The translations under genes were made by a program, and so were the position numbers. The notes under the pieces are model-generated. The model saw only the letters and a list, made by a program, of their open reading frames with translations. It was not told the DNA's origin and searched no databases. This document shows, piece by piece, positions 11,120 through 20,827 of a DNA stretch of 64,000 nt. Numbering within the stretch: position 1 is the stretch's first letter; each line of letters starts with the position of its first letter. Source of the stretch: Alphaproteobacteria bacterium (lineage in GTDB: Bacteria; Pseudomonadota; Alphaproteobacteria; Bin95); contig CBDBGH010000003.1 in assembly GCA_965205265.1 (NCBI GenBank), positions 1,536,001-1,600,000 on the forward strand, written 5' to 3'.

Positions 11120-12886
11120 ATGAATGTTGCAACGCCCCCGTTTTTCGCTTGGAACACGCTGCCCAATGCGAGCGCCGCCGGTACGCCGCTGGCGCCCGAT
11201 TGCCACGGGATGAACTTCTTCGACATCGACCGCAGCCTGCAGGACCTGCTGCCGCTCTACCTGCCGGACGAGTTGCGCGAACACATGCTCCCGCATTTCC
11301 GGCGCCTCGGCGAAATCGCCGGCGGACGGCTCGACGAACTGGCCCGTCTCTCCGACCGGCACGGACCTGTATTGCATTCGCGGGACGCTTTCGGGCGCGA
11401 CGAGGAATGGATCGAATTCCACCCGGCCTACCGGGAGATGGAGCAGATCGGTTTCGGCGATTTCGGCATCCACGCCATGTCCCGCCGCCCCGGCGTGCTC
11501 GGCTGGAACGGCACGCCGATTACCGCGAAATACATCCTGCAATACCTGTTCGTGCAGTCCGAATTCGCTCTGATGTGCCCGATCTCGGTCACGGACACCT
11601 CGGCATATCTCATCGGGAAATACGGCGATGAGGCGGTCCGGCGGCGCTTCATGCCGGGGCTCACCAGCCAGGACATGGGCGCAATCTGCAAGGCCGCCCA
11701 GTTCATGACCGAGAAGACCGGCGGCTCCGATGTCGGCGGAATCGAGCTGGCGGCCCGGCTGGAGGAGGGGCCCGACGGCCCGGAATGGCGGCTCTACGGC
11801 GACAAGTGGTTCTGCTCCTGCGCCGATGCCGATGTCGCCCTTCTGCTGGCGAGGCCCGAAGGCGCGGTCGAGGGCACGGCCGGCCTCGGCCTCTTCGCCC
11901 TGCCGAAGCACCGGGACGACGGCAGCCGCAACAGCTACCGGATCGTGCGCCTCAAGGACAAGCTGGGCACGAGGTCCATGGCGTCGGGCGAGATCGTCTT
12001 CGACGGCGCCGTCGCCTATCCGCTCGGAGACGTGGGCCCCGGCCGCAACAACGGCCTCAAGCAGATGCTGGACCAGGTCAATCTGAGCCGCCTGTCCCAC
12101 GGTGTGCGCGCCGCGGCGATGATGCGGCGTTGCCTTAACGAGGCATTGGCGGCGGCGCGCGGCCGCACAGCGTTCGGCAGCGTCGTTGCCGACAAGCCGC
12201 TGATGCGCCGGCAGTTGCTCAAGCTGATGGTGCCGACCGAACAAGCCCTCTCGATGGCGCTGTTCACCGCGGACAAACTGGAAAGGTCGGAAGCCGGCGA
12301 CGAGGCGGCGACGGCGCTGGTAAGGCTGCTCACGCCGTTGCTGAAATTCCGCACCTGCCGCGACAATATCGCGGTCGCGACCGGCGCGATGGAAGCGCGC
12401 GGCGGTAACGGTTACATCGAGACCTTCGTCAACGCCCGGCTGGTGCGCGACGCCCATCTGGGCGTGCTGTGGGAAGGCACCTCCAACATCAACGCGCTCG
12501 ACATTATCGGGCGCGCCGTCGGCAAGGCCGGCGCCCAGGAGGTGCTCGGCGACACCCTGGCAGACCTGCTGGACAGGGCGGAGGGCCTGCCCGGCCAGTT
12601 GAAGGGGGCGCTCGGCCACGCCGCCGCCCGAGCGGTCGCGCTCGCCGGGGAAGTCGCGGATGCCGGGGACGAGCCGCGCATGCGTCAGGCTTCCGATGCG
12701 CTCTACCATGCGGCGAGCGCCGTCGTCATGGCGCATGAAGGCGCCCGGATCGCGGCGGCCGGCGGCGGCCGGAAACGCCTGTTGCTGGCGCAAATGGTGC
12801 TCGACCGCCGGCTGAGCCCGCAGGACCCGCTCGCTCCGCGCGGCGACGACCCGGAGATTGCCGCGGAGCTGCTGGAGGCCGCGTAA
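11120..12886 (+). CDS. Acyl-CoA dehydrogenase (AidB-like subfamily)
   Basis: MTEKTGGSDV, GDKWFCS, RLKDKLGTRSMASGE, GGNGYIE, LWEGTSNI. Confidence 0.88.
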   Translation: MNVATPPFFAWNTLPNASAAGTPLAPDCHGMNFFDIDRSLQDLLPLYLPDELREHMLPHFRRLGEIAGGRLDELARLSDRHGPVLHSRDAFGRDEEWIEFHPAYREMEQIGFGDFGIHAMSRRPGVLGWNGTPITAKYILQYLFVQSEFALMCPISVTDTSAYLIGKYGDEAVRRRFMPGLTSQDMGAICKAAQFMTEKTGGSDVGGIELAARLEEGPDGPEWRLYGDKWFCSCADADVALLLARPEGAVEGTAGLGLFALPKHRDDGSRNSYRIVRLKDKLGTRSMASGEIVFDGAVAYPLGDVGPGRNNGLKQMLDQVNLSRLSHGVRAAAMMRRCLNEALAAARGRTAFGSVVADKPLMRRQLLKLMVPTEQALSMALFTADKLERSEAGDEAATALVRLLTPLLKFRTCRDNIAVATGAMEARGGNGYIETFVNARLVRDAHLGVLWEGTSNINALDIIGRAVGKAGAQEVLGDTLADLLDRAEGLPGQLKGALGHAAARAVALAGEVADAGDEPRMRQASDALYHAASAVVMAHEGARIAAAGGGRKRLLLAQMVLDRRLSPQDPLAPRGDDPEIAAELLEAA

Positions 12887-12973
12887 TCCTGCGTTGCGCA
12901 TCGGACTGGACGAGGCTCTCCGCGACACCGGGTATCCTTGCCGGAGGGAACGGCCCCGCTTAGGGTCCGGGCC

Positions 12974-14269
12974 ATGATCGAACGCTATTCCCGCCCCCAG
13001 ATGGCGGCCATCTGGTCGCCGGAGACCAGGTTCCGCATCTGGTTCGAGATCGAGGCCCATGCGCTCGACGCCATGGCGGCGCTCGGCATGGCGCCCGCCT
13101 CTGCTGCGCGCGCGGTGTGGGAGCGGGGCGCGTTTGAGGTCGGGCGCATAGACGAAATCGAGGCCGAGACGAAGCACGACGTCATCGCCTTCCTCACCAA
13201 TCTCGCCGAGCATGTCGGGCCGGAAGCGCGGTTCGTCCACCAGGGCATGACCTCATCCGATGTGCTCGACACCTGCCTGGCGGTGCAGCTCGCGCGCGCC
13301 AGCGACATTCTTCTGGCCGACCTCGACAGGCTCCTCTCCGCATTGAAAGCAAAGGCTTGTGAGCACAAATTCACGCTCTGCGTCGGCCGCAGCCACGCCA
13401 TCCACGCGGAGCCCACCACCTTCGGCGTGAAGCTGGCAGGCCACTATGCCGAGTTCGCCCGCAACCGCGCCCGCCTGGAGGCGGTCCGGGCAGAGATTGC
13501 GACCTGCGCCATTTCCGGCCCCGTCGGCACATTCGCCAGCGTCGATCCGCGCGTCGAGGCCCATGTGGCGGAAAAGCTGGGCCTCGCGCCCGAGACCCAT
13601 TCGACCCAGGTAATCCCGCGCGACCGGCACGCCATGTTCTTCGCCGTGCTGGGAGTCATCGCCAGCGGCGTCGAGCGGCTCGCGGTCGAAATCCGGCATT
13701 TGCAGCGCACCGAGCTGCGGGAGGCGGAAGAGTTCTTCTCCGCCGGGCAAAAAGGCTCCTCCGCAATGCCGCACAAGCGCAATCCGGTGCTGACGGAAAA
13801 CCTGACCGGGCTTGCGCGCATGGTGCGCTCGGCCGTCATTCCCGCGCTTGAGAATGTCGCGCTCTGGCATGAGCGGGACATTTCCCATTCCTCCGTCGAG
13901 CGGATGATCGGCCCGGATGCGACAGTCACTCTCGATTTCGCGCTCCACCGGCTCGCGGGCGTGGTGGAGAAGCTGGTCGTCTATCCCGAAGCCATGCGGC
14001 GGAATTTCGACAGCCTGGGCGGCCTCGTGTTTTCGCAGCATGTCCTTCTGGAGCTCACGCAAGCGGGCATGAGCCGCGAAGACGCCTATGCGAAGGTGCA
14101 GGCGGCAGCGATGGCCGTCTGGCGGGAAGGCGGCTCCTTCCGCGCCGAGCTCGAGCGGGACCCGGAGATTGCCGCAGCCGTGCCGCCCGCGCGGCTCGAC
14201 GAACTCTTCGATGCGGACCGCCAGCTGGTTCATGTCGATACGATCTTCGCGCGCGTCTTCGGAAGCTGA
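12974..14269 (+). CDS. purB: Adenylosuccinate lyase
   Basis: MIERYSRP, HQGMTSSD, GRSHAIHAEP, GSSAMPHKRNP, HERDISHSS. Confidence 0.97.
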   Translation: MIERYSRPQMAAIWSPETRFRIWFEIEAHALDAMAALGMAPASAARAVWERGAFEVGRIDEIEAETKHDVIAFLTNLAEHVGPEARFVHQGMTSSDVLDTCLAVQLARASDILLADLDRLLSALKAKACEHKFTLCVGRSHAIHAEPTTFGVKLAGHYAEFARNRARLEAVRAEIATCAISGPVGTFASVDPRVEAHVAEKLGLAPETHSTQVIPRDRHAMFFAVLGVIASGVERLAVEIRHLQRTELREAEEFFSAGQKGSSAMPHKRNPVLTENLTGLARMVRSAVIPALENVALWHERDISHSSVERMIGPDATVTLDFALHRLAGVVEKLVVYPEAMRRNFDSLGGLVFSQHVLLELTQAGMSREDAYAKVQAAAMAVWREGGSFRAELERDPEIAAAVPPARLDELFDADRQLVHVDTIFARVFGS

Positions 14270-14304
14270 ACCCTCTTCGCCCCGGCCTCATTGGAGATTT
14301 CGTA

Positions 14305-15798
14305 ATGTCGGACCGCACAGTCGATGTCGTTGTTGTGGGCGCGGGAAACGCCGCCATGTGCGCGGCGCTCGCCGCGCGCGAGCAGGGGGCGGATGTGCTC
14401 GTGCTGGAGCGCGCGAACGAGGAAGAGCGCGGGGGCAATTCGGCCTTCACCGCCGGGAATATCCGCACGGTCTTCAACGGCGTCGAGGATATTAAGGCGC
14501 TTGTCCCGGACCTGACCGAGGACGAAATCGCAATCACCGATTTCGGCGTCTACAGCGAGGCCGACTTCTATGACGACATGGGCCGGATCACCGAATACCG
14601 GACCGACCCCGACATGTGCGAGCTTCTGGTCACGCGCTCGCTCGACACGATGAAGTGGATGCGGGACAAGGGCGTACGCTTCCTGCCGATCTACGGCAAA
14701 CAGGCCTTCAAGATCGACGGGCGGTTCAAGTTCTGGGGCGGGCTCGTGCTGTCCGCCTGGGGCGGCGGGCCGGGGCTGGTGGACGCCCTGCACGAGTCCG
14801 GCGCGCGCGAGGGCGTGGAGGTGCTTTACGGCGCCCGCGCCACCGCCCTGCTGCACGATGACGACGGCGTGAAGGGCGTGCGCGTGCGCCAGGACCGCCG
14901 CAGCTTCGAAGTCCATGCCCGCGCCGTGGTCCTCGCTGCAGGCGGCTTCGAGGCGAATCCGGAGATGCGCACCCGCTATCTCGGCCCCGGCTGGGACGTG
15001 GCCAAGGTGCGCGGCACCCGGTTCAACACCGGCGACGGCATCCGCATGGCGCTGGATATCGGCGCCCGCGCCTATGGCAACTGGTCCGGCTGCCATGCCG
15101 TCGGCTGGGATTTCAACGCGCCCGAATTCGGCGATCTCGCCGTCGGCGACGATTTCCAGAAGCACAGCTATCCCTGGGGCATCATGGTGAATGCGGAAGG
15201 CCGGCGCTTCGTCGATGAAGGCGCTGACTTCCGCAACTACACCTATGCGAAATACGGTCGCGTGATCCTGGGCCAGCCGGGCCAGATGGCCTGGCAGGTG
15301 TTCGACAACAAGATCATCCCGAACCTGCGCGACGAATACCGCATCCGCGAGGTCACCAAGGTCCGGGCCGATACTATCGAGGAGCTTGCGGCGAAGCTCG
15401 AAGGCGTGAACGCCGAGAATTTCCTGGCGGAACTCCGCGCCTACAACGCCGCCGTTCGAACCGACATTCCCTACAACCCGAACGTCAAGGACGGGCGCCG
15501 GACCGAGGGCCTCGCGGTGGACAAGACGAACTGGGCCAACACCATCGACGAGCCGCCCTTCGAGGGCTACCAGACCACCTGCGGTATCACCTTCACCTTC
15601 GGCGGCCTTAGGGTGAACGACGACGCCCAAGTGATGGACACCGACGACATCGAGATTCCGGGCCTCTATGCCGCGGGCGAGCTGGTGGGCGGCCTGTTCT
15701 GGTTCAACTATCCGGGCGGCACCGGGCTGATGGCGGGCGCGGTCTTCGGCAAGATCGCCGGCGAGGCGGCCGGCCGGGCGGCCGTCGGCAACGAATAG
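14305..15798 (+). CDS. tcuA: FAD-dependent tricarballylate dehydrogenase TcuA/CobZ-like flavoprotein
   Basis: VVGAGNAAMCAA, RGGNS, GGFEAN, GITFTFGGL, NYPGGTGLMAGAVFG. Confidence 0.8.
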   Translation: MSDRTVDVVVVGAGNAAMCAALAAREQGADVLVLERANEEERGGNSAFTAGNIRTVFNGVEDIKALVPDLTEDEIAITDFGVYSEADFYDDMGRITEYRTDPDMCELLVTRSLDTMKWMRDKGVRFLPIYGKQAFKIDGRFKFWGGLVLSAWGGGPGLVDALHESGAREGVEVLYGARATALLHDDDGVKGVRVRQDRRSFEVHARAVVLAAGGFEANPEMRTRYLGPGWDVAKVRGTRFNTGDGIRMALDIGARAYGNWSGCHAVGWDFNAPEFGDLAVGDDFQKHSYPWGIMVNAEGRRFVDEGADFRNYTYAKYGRVILGQPGQMAWQVFDNKIIPNLRDEYRIREVTKVRADTIEELAAKLEGVNAENFLAELRAYNAAVRTDIPYNPNVKDGRRTEGLAVDKTNWANTIDEPPFEGYQTTCGITFTFGGLRVNDDAQVMDTDDIEIPGLYAAGELVGGLFWFNYPGGTGLMAGAVFGKIAGEAAGRAAVGNE

Positions 15799-15842
15799 AC
15801 GCTCGTCCGACTACCGCTACCCCTTTTCGGAGGCTGACCCCG

Positions 15843-16415
15843 ATGGCGCGAGCGCCCTACCCCGACATCGAGACCCTGCCGGACGAATTGCGCAGTTTCG
15901 TCCAGCGCTTCGACCCGCTGATGAACGTCTTCCACATGCTGGCCCACACCGGGCCGGCGCTGCCGCATTTCATGCGGCTCGGCAATGCGATCCTGTTCAA
16001 GGGCAGGCTCGACCCCGAGCTCAGGGAAATCGCCATCCTGCGCGTCGGCCACCTGCTCGGCGCCCCCTATGAGGTCCACCAGCACAGGATCGTTTCGCGC
16101 AATATCGGCATGGACGAGGCCCGGATCGCAGGCGTCGAGCACGGCGAGGACGAAACGGTGTTCTCGGAACTCGAAAACCTGGTCATCCGTTTCACCGACG
16201 AGGTCGTGTCGAGCGTCCGCGCCAGCGACGCGACCTGGAACGCGCTTTCCGTCCATCTCGATCCGGGGCAGATGGCCGAACTTACGCTCGCCGTCGGCTT
16301 CTATTCGATGATCGCCGTGTTCCTGGAGAATTTCGAGGTCGAAATCGAACCGGAAGGCGTCGTAGAAGACCCGATGAAGCGCCCGCGGAAACCGGGGGAA
16401 GCCCAACCGGCCTGA
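15843..16415 (+). CDS. Carboxymuconolactone decarboxylase family protein
   Basis: LDPELREIAILRV...YEVHQH; no CxxC, so not an AhpD-type active site. Confidence 0.8.
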   Translation: MARAPYPDIETLPDELRSFVQRFDPLMNVFHMLAHTGPALPHFMRLGNAILFKGRLDPELREIAILRVGHLLGAPYEVHQHRIVSRNIGMDEARIAGVEHGEDETVFSELENLVIRFTDEVVSSVRASDATWNALSVHLDPGQMAELTLAVGFYSMIAVFLENFEVEIEPEGVVEDPMKRPRKPGEAQPA

Positions 16416-16433
16416 ATTCGGGAGGCGGCTACA

Positions 16434-17267
16434 GTGCCTGAGTCACGAAGCTACTACGCGCCCAGCGGCGGCCTTCCGGGCCAGACGGAACTGCTGACCG
16501 GCCGCGCCGTCTTCACGGAGGCCTATGCCGTCATTCCGAAGGACGTGCTCCGGGACATCGTCACCAGCCTCCTCCCGCACTGGGACAAGACCCGCGCCTG
16601 GATACTCGCAAGGCCGCTCTCCGGCTTTGCGGAGACCTTTTCGCAATACATCGTCGAGGTGGCCCCCGGCGGCGGCAGCGACAATCCCGAGCCCGACGCC
16701 GGCGCAGAAGCCGGCCTCTTCGCGGTTTCCGGCTCCTTCGAACTCATGCTCGCCGGCCGGACCTGGCGGATCGAGGCCGGCGGTTTCGTCTATATCCCTC
16801 CGGGCGCGGCCTGGCAGCTGCGCAACCGGGGCGGCGAAAATGCGGTCTTCCACTGGATACGCAAGCGTTACGAGCCGGTCGAGGGCCTCGCCCTGCCCGA
16901 CCCCATCGTGACCAGCGACCGGGAATGCCCGGCCGTCGCCATGCCGGACACGGACGGCCGTTGGGCGACCACGCGCTTCATCGACCCGGAGGACATGCGC
17001 CATGACATGCATGTCAACATCGTCTCCTTCGAGCCGGGCGCCGCCATCCCCTTCGCCGAGACGCACATCATGGAGCACGGGCTCTATGTGCTCGAAGGCA
17101 AGGGCGTCTATCGGCTCAACCGGGACTGGGTGGAAGTCGAGGCCGGGGACTTCATGTGGCTGCGGGCGTTCTGCCCCCAGGCCTGCTATGCGGGCGGTCC
17201 CGGCCCGTTCCGATACCTGCTCTACAAGGACGTGAACCGCCACCCGCGGCTGGCGCCGCTGCTGTAG
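16434..17267 (+). CDS. (S)-ureidoglycine aminohydrolase (bicupin; 'bifunctional allantoicase/UGlyAH')
   Basis: ARPLSGFAETFSQY, IPFAETHIMEHG, FCPQACYAGG, YLLYKDVNRH; lies in the purine cluster. Confidence 0.9.
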   Translation: MPESRSYYAPSGGLPGQTELLTGRAVFTEAYAVIPKDVLRDIVTSLLPHWDKTRAWILARPLSGFAETFSQYIVEVAPGGGSDNPEPDAGAEAGLFAVSGSFELMLAGRTWRIEAGGFVYIPPGAAWQLRNRGGENAVFHWIRKRYEPVEGLALPDPIVTSDRECPAVAMPDTDGRWATTRFIDPEDMRHDMHVNIVSFEPGAAIPFAETHIMEHGLYVLEGKGVYRLNRDWVEVEAGDFMWLRAFCPQACYAGGPGPFRYLLYKDVNRHPRLAPLL

Positions 17268-17285
17268 CGCTGTCGGGGGCCGGCT

Positions 17286-18518
17286 TTACTCCCACCTCTC
17301 CTCGTACCAGGCGACGATCAGCCGGCGTTCGCTGTCTTCCATGCCGGCAAGATTGCCGGGAGGCATGGCGCGCGACCTGCCGGCCTGGAGATAGATGAGG
17401 CGGGCGTTCCGAAGAATCTGCTCCTCGGTTTCGAGCACGATGCCCTTGGGCGGCCGGCGAATCCCCTCCCAGGCCGGCTCTTCCGTATGGCAGACGAGGC
17501 AGCGGGTGAGGACGGCCTCCTGCACCGCTTCGAAATGGGGCGATGCGGCGAGGCGGCGTTCCGCCGGAGTCAGCGCCGCCGGGCCGTTGCCCGAGCCGGT
17601 CAGCACCGCCGGCATGGTGGAGAGCCAGACGATGACGAGGAACAGGACGGCAGCAACGAGCCACGGCCAAACCGTATGCCCCCGCTTGGAATGAAGGCGA
17701 TTGAAATAGACGCGGATCAGCACGCCCATCAGGAAGATCAGCGACGCGATGACCCAGCTGTATTCCGTGGCGAAGGCCAGCGGATAGTGGTTCGAGAGCA
17801 TCAGGAAGATGACGGGCAGCGTCAGGTAGTTGTTGTGCGTCGAACGCTGGTTCGCGATCCGACCGTATTTCGGGTCCGGAGTTCGTCCTGCTTTCAGGTC
17901 CTCGGTCACGATGCGCTGGTTGGGAATGATGACCAGGAACACATTGGCGCTCATGATCGTCGCCGTGATCGAGCCGAGATGCACGAAGGCCGCCCGCCCG
18001 GTGAAGACCTGCGAAAAGCCCCACGCCATAGCCACGAGGACGACATAGAGGAACAGCATCAGCCGCGTATTGTCGTCGCCGAAGCGGCTCTTGCAGATGA
18101 GGTCGTAGGCGAACCAGCCGATGACGATGGACGCGACGGAAATGGCGATCGCCGCCTCGTTCGACAGCTCCATGATCTCGTTGTCGACGAGGTAGAATTC
18201 GGGATGGGCGTAATAGAGCACGCATAACAGCGCAAAGCCGGTAACCCAGGTCGCGTAGCTTTCCCATTTGAACCAGGTCAGGTGTTCGGGCAGTTCCGCA
18301 GGCGCGACCATGTATTTGCGGACATGGTAGAAGCCGCCGCCATGCACCTGCCATTCCTCTCCGCTCACCCCTTCGGGAAGGCTCGGCGGGCGGCGAAGGC
18401 CAAGGTCCAGCGCAATGAAGTAGAACGAAGTGCCGATCCACACGATGGCGGTCGTCACATGCGCCCAACGCACGGCGAATTCGAGCCACTCGCCGAGGAC
18501 AGGAAGCAGCCCTTCCAC
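17286..18518 (-). CDS. puuD: Membrane urate hydroxylase with cytochrome c domain
   Basis: WQVHGGGFY, WFKWESYATW, IIPNQR, RSTHNNYLTLPV, CLVCH heme motif. GTG start overlaps the xdhB stop. Confidence 0.93.
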   Translation of the reverse strand: MEGLLPVLGEWLEFAVRWAHVTTAIVWIGTSFYFIALDLGLRRPPSLPEGVSGEEWQVHGGGFYHVRKYMVAPAELPEHLTWFKWESYATWVTGFALLCVLYYAHPEFYLVDNEIMELSNEAAIAISVASIVIGWFAYDLICKSRFGDDNTRLMLFLYVVLVAMAWGFSQVFTGRAAFVHLGSITATIMSANVFLVIIPNQRIVTEDLKAGRTPDPKYGRIANQRSTHNNYLTLPVIFLMLSNHYPLAFATEYSWVIASLIFLMGVLIRVYFNRLHSKRGHTVWPWLVAAVLFLVIVWLSTMPAVLTGSGNGPAALTPAERRLAASPHFEAVQEAVLTRCLVCHTEEPAWEGIRRPPKGIVLETEEQILRNARLIYLQAGRSRAMPPGNLAGMEDSERRLIVAWYEERWE

Positions 18519-20827
18519 TATTCCGTCCTCTCCCGCTTCAGCCGTTCGATGGCAAGCAGCAGGCGTTCCGGCGTCGCCGGCGTGTCGAGCCTCGGGCAAT
18601 GCCGATAGCCGGCGGTGCTGGCGACGGCCATCGACAGGGCCTCGACCACGGACGCGCACAGCAGCAGGGGCGGCTCGCCGATGGCCTTGGACCGGCCGAT
18701 GGTGGGCTTGGCGTTCTCGGACCACTCGGCGAGATGCACGTTGAAGACGGGCGGGCAGTCCGAGGCGAGCGGTATCTTGTAAGTCGAGGGCGCATGGGTG
18801 CGCAGCCGGCCCTCGCCGTCCCACCAGAGCTCTTCCGTCGTCACCCACCCCATGCCCTGGATGAAGCCGCCTTCGACCTGGCCCAGATCGATGGCCGGAT
18901 TGAGCGACCGGCCGGCATCGTGAAGGATATCGACCCTGAGCACGCGGTATTCCCCGGTCAAAGTATCGACCTCGACCTCGGTGGCCCCGGCGCTGTAGGC
19001 GAAATAGTAGAAGGGCTTGCCGCGTCCGGCCGCCCGGTCCCAGTGGATTTCCGGGGTGCGGTAGAAGCCGGTGGCCGAAAGCTGGACCCTGGCCATGTAG
19101 GCCGCCTCGATCAGATCGGCGAAGGCCATGTCCTGGTTGCCGATCCTGACCCTTCCGGCCTCGAAGACGACCTGGTCCGGTTCGACATTCCAGCGCCCGG
19201 CGGCGAACGCGACCAGCCGGCGCCTGATCTCGTCGGCGGCTTCGAACGCCGCCATACCGTTCAGGTCCGAACCGGTGGAGGCCGCGGTCGCCGAAGTGTT
19301 CGGCACCTTGCCGGTGCTGGTGGCGGTGATCCGCACTTGGTCGAGCTCGACCTGGAAACAATCCGCGACCACCGAGGCGACCTTGACGAAGAGCCCCTGC
19401 CCCATCTCCGTGCCGCCGTGGTTCAGGTGGATCGAGCCGTCGCGATAGACATGCACGAGCGCGCCGGCCTGGTTCATCCAGGTCGCCGTGAAGGACACGC
19501 CGAACTTGACCGGCGTGAGCGCGATGCCCCGGCGCAGGACGCCGCCCCTTGCGTTGAAATCCAGAACCGCCTGCCGCCGCGGCGCGTAGTCCGCCCGCTC
19601 TTCGATTTCCGCGACCAGGCGCGGGAGGATGTTGTCCTCGACCGGCTGGTGGTAAGGCGTCAGATCCCTGCCGGGGCCGCCGTAGAAATTGGCCTTGCGG
19701 ATATCGAGCGGGGAACGGCCGGTGCTGTATGCAACCTCCTCGATAACCCGCTCGGCGGCTATGACGCCCTGCGGAGACCCGAAGCCCCGGAAGGCCGTGT
19801 TCGAGACGGTGTTGGTGCGCATCGGCCGCGAGCGCAGGCGCACGGCCGGGAAGAAATAGGCATTGTCCGCGTGGAACAGCGCCCGGTCCGAAACAGCGCC
19901 CGACAGATCGACGGAGAAGCCGCAGCGCGCCGTCAGCACGCTGTCCACGGCCAGGATACGCCCTTCATCGTCGAACCCGACATCGTAATCGACGCGGAAG
20001 TCGTGGCGCTTGCCGGTCGCGGTCATGTCGTCGTCCCGGTCCGGACGCAGCTTGACGGCGCGGCCGAATTTCCGGGCGGCGAGCGCGGCGACGGCGGCAA
20101 ACAGGTTCGACTGGCTTTCCTTGCCGCCGAACGCCCCGCCCATGCGCCGCACATTCACCGTCACCGCACTCGACGGGACCCCGAGCACATGGGCCACGAC
20201 ATGCTGCACTTCGCTCGGATGCTGGGTCGACGAGACCACCCGGACCTCGTCGTCTTCTCCCGGCAGGGCAAAGGCAACATGGCTCTCCAGGTAGAAATGG
20301 TCCTGTCCTCCCACCCGGAGCGTGCCCTGCAGGCGGCGCGGCGCGGCCTCCAGCGCGGCCTCGACATCCCCCCGCGCGAGTGTCAGCGGCTCCGACACGG
20401 TTTCGAGGGCATCGTCGGCTTCGATCACGGCCGGCCTCGGCTCATAGACGACCCGTGCGCGGCGCGCGGCGCGCCGGGCCTCGGCCCGCGTTGCGGCCAC
20501 GACCGCAAACACGGGCTGGCCGTAGAAGGAAACGACGCCGTCCGCGAAAACCGGGTCGTCGCCCGCTCCGACGGGACTGATGTCGTTCTCGCCCGGAATA
20601 TCGGCCGCCGTCAGCACTCCGACCACGCCGGGCGCGCTCAGGACTTCCGCGATGTCCAGTTCCGATATGCCGGCATGGGCGGCCGTCGAGAGCCCGAGGC
20701 AGGCATGCAGCATGCCGGTCGGCTCCACCATGTCGTCGGCATAGGCGGCGCGGCCCGTCACGTGCCTGGCGGCGGAATCGTGCCGGTGCGCGCGGTGCAT
20801 GATTTCGCGGCTTGCGGGGCCGGTCAT
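18518..20827 (-). CDS. xdhB: Xanthine dehydrogenase molybdopterin-binding subunit
   Basis: QDHFYLE, RRMGGAFGGKE, AFRGFG, HGGTEMGQG, SKAIGEPP. Confidence 0.96.
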   Translation of the reverse strand: MTGPASREIMHRAHRHDSAARHVTGRAAYADDMVEPTGMLHACLGLSTAAHAGISELDIAEVLSAPGVVGVLTAADIPGENDISPVGAGDDPVFADGVVSFYGQPVFAVVAATRAEARRAARRARVVYEPRPAVIEADDALETVSEPLTLARGDVEAALEAAPRRLQGTLRVGGQDHFYLESHVAFALPGEDDEVRVVSSTQHPSEVQHVVAHVLGVPSSAVTVNVRRMGGAFGGKESQSNLFAAVAALAARKFGRAVKLRPDRDDDMTATGKRHDFRVDYDVGFDDEGRILAVDSVLTARCGFSVDLSGAVSDRALFHADNAYFFPAVRLRSRPMRTNTVSNTAFRGFGSPQGVIAAERVIEEVAYSTGRSPLDIRKANFYGGPGRDLTPYHQPVEDNILPRLVAEIEERADYAPRRQAVLDFNARGGVLRRGIALTPVKFGVSFTATWMNQAGALVHVYRDGSIHLNHGGTEMGQGLFVKVASVVADCFQVELDQVRITATSTGKVPNTSATAASTGSDLNGMAAFEAADEIRRRLVAFAAGRWNVEPDQVVFEAGRVRIGNQDMAFADLIEAAYMARVQLSATGFYRTPEIHWDRAAGRGKPFYYFAYSAGATEVEVDTLTGEYRVLRVDILHDAGRSLNPAIDLGQVEGGFIQGMGWVTTEELWWDGEGRLRTHAPSTYKIPLASDCPPVFNVHLAEWSENAKPTIGRSKAIGEPPLLLCASVVEALSMAVASTAGYRHCPRLDTPATPERLLLAIERLKRERTE

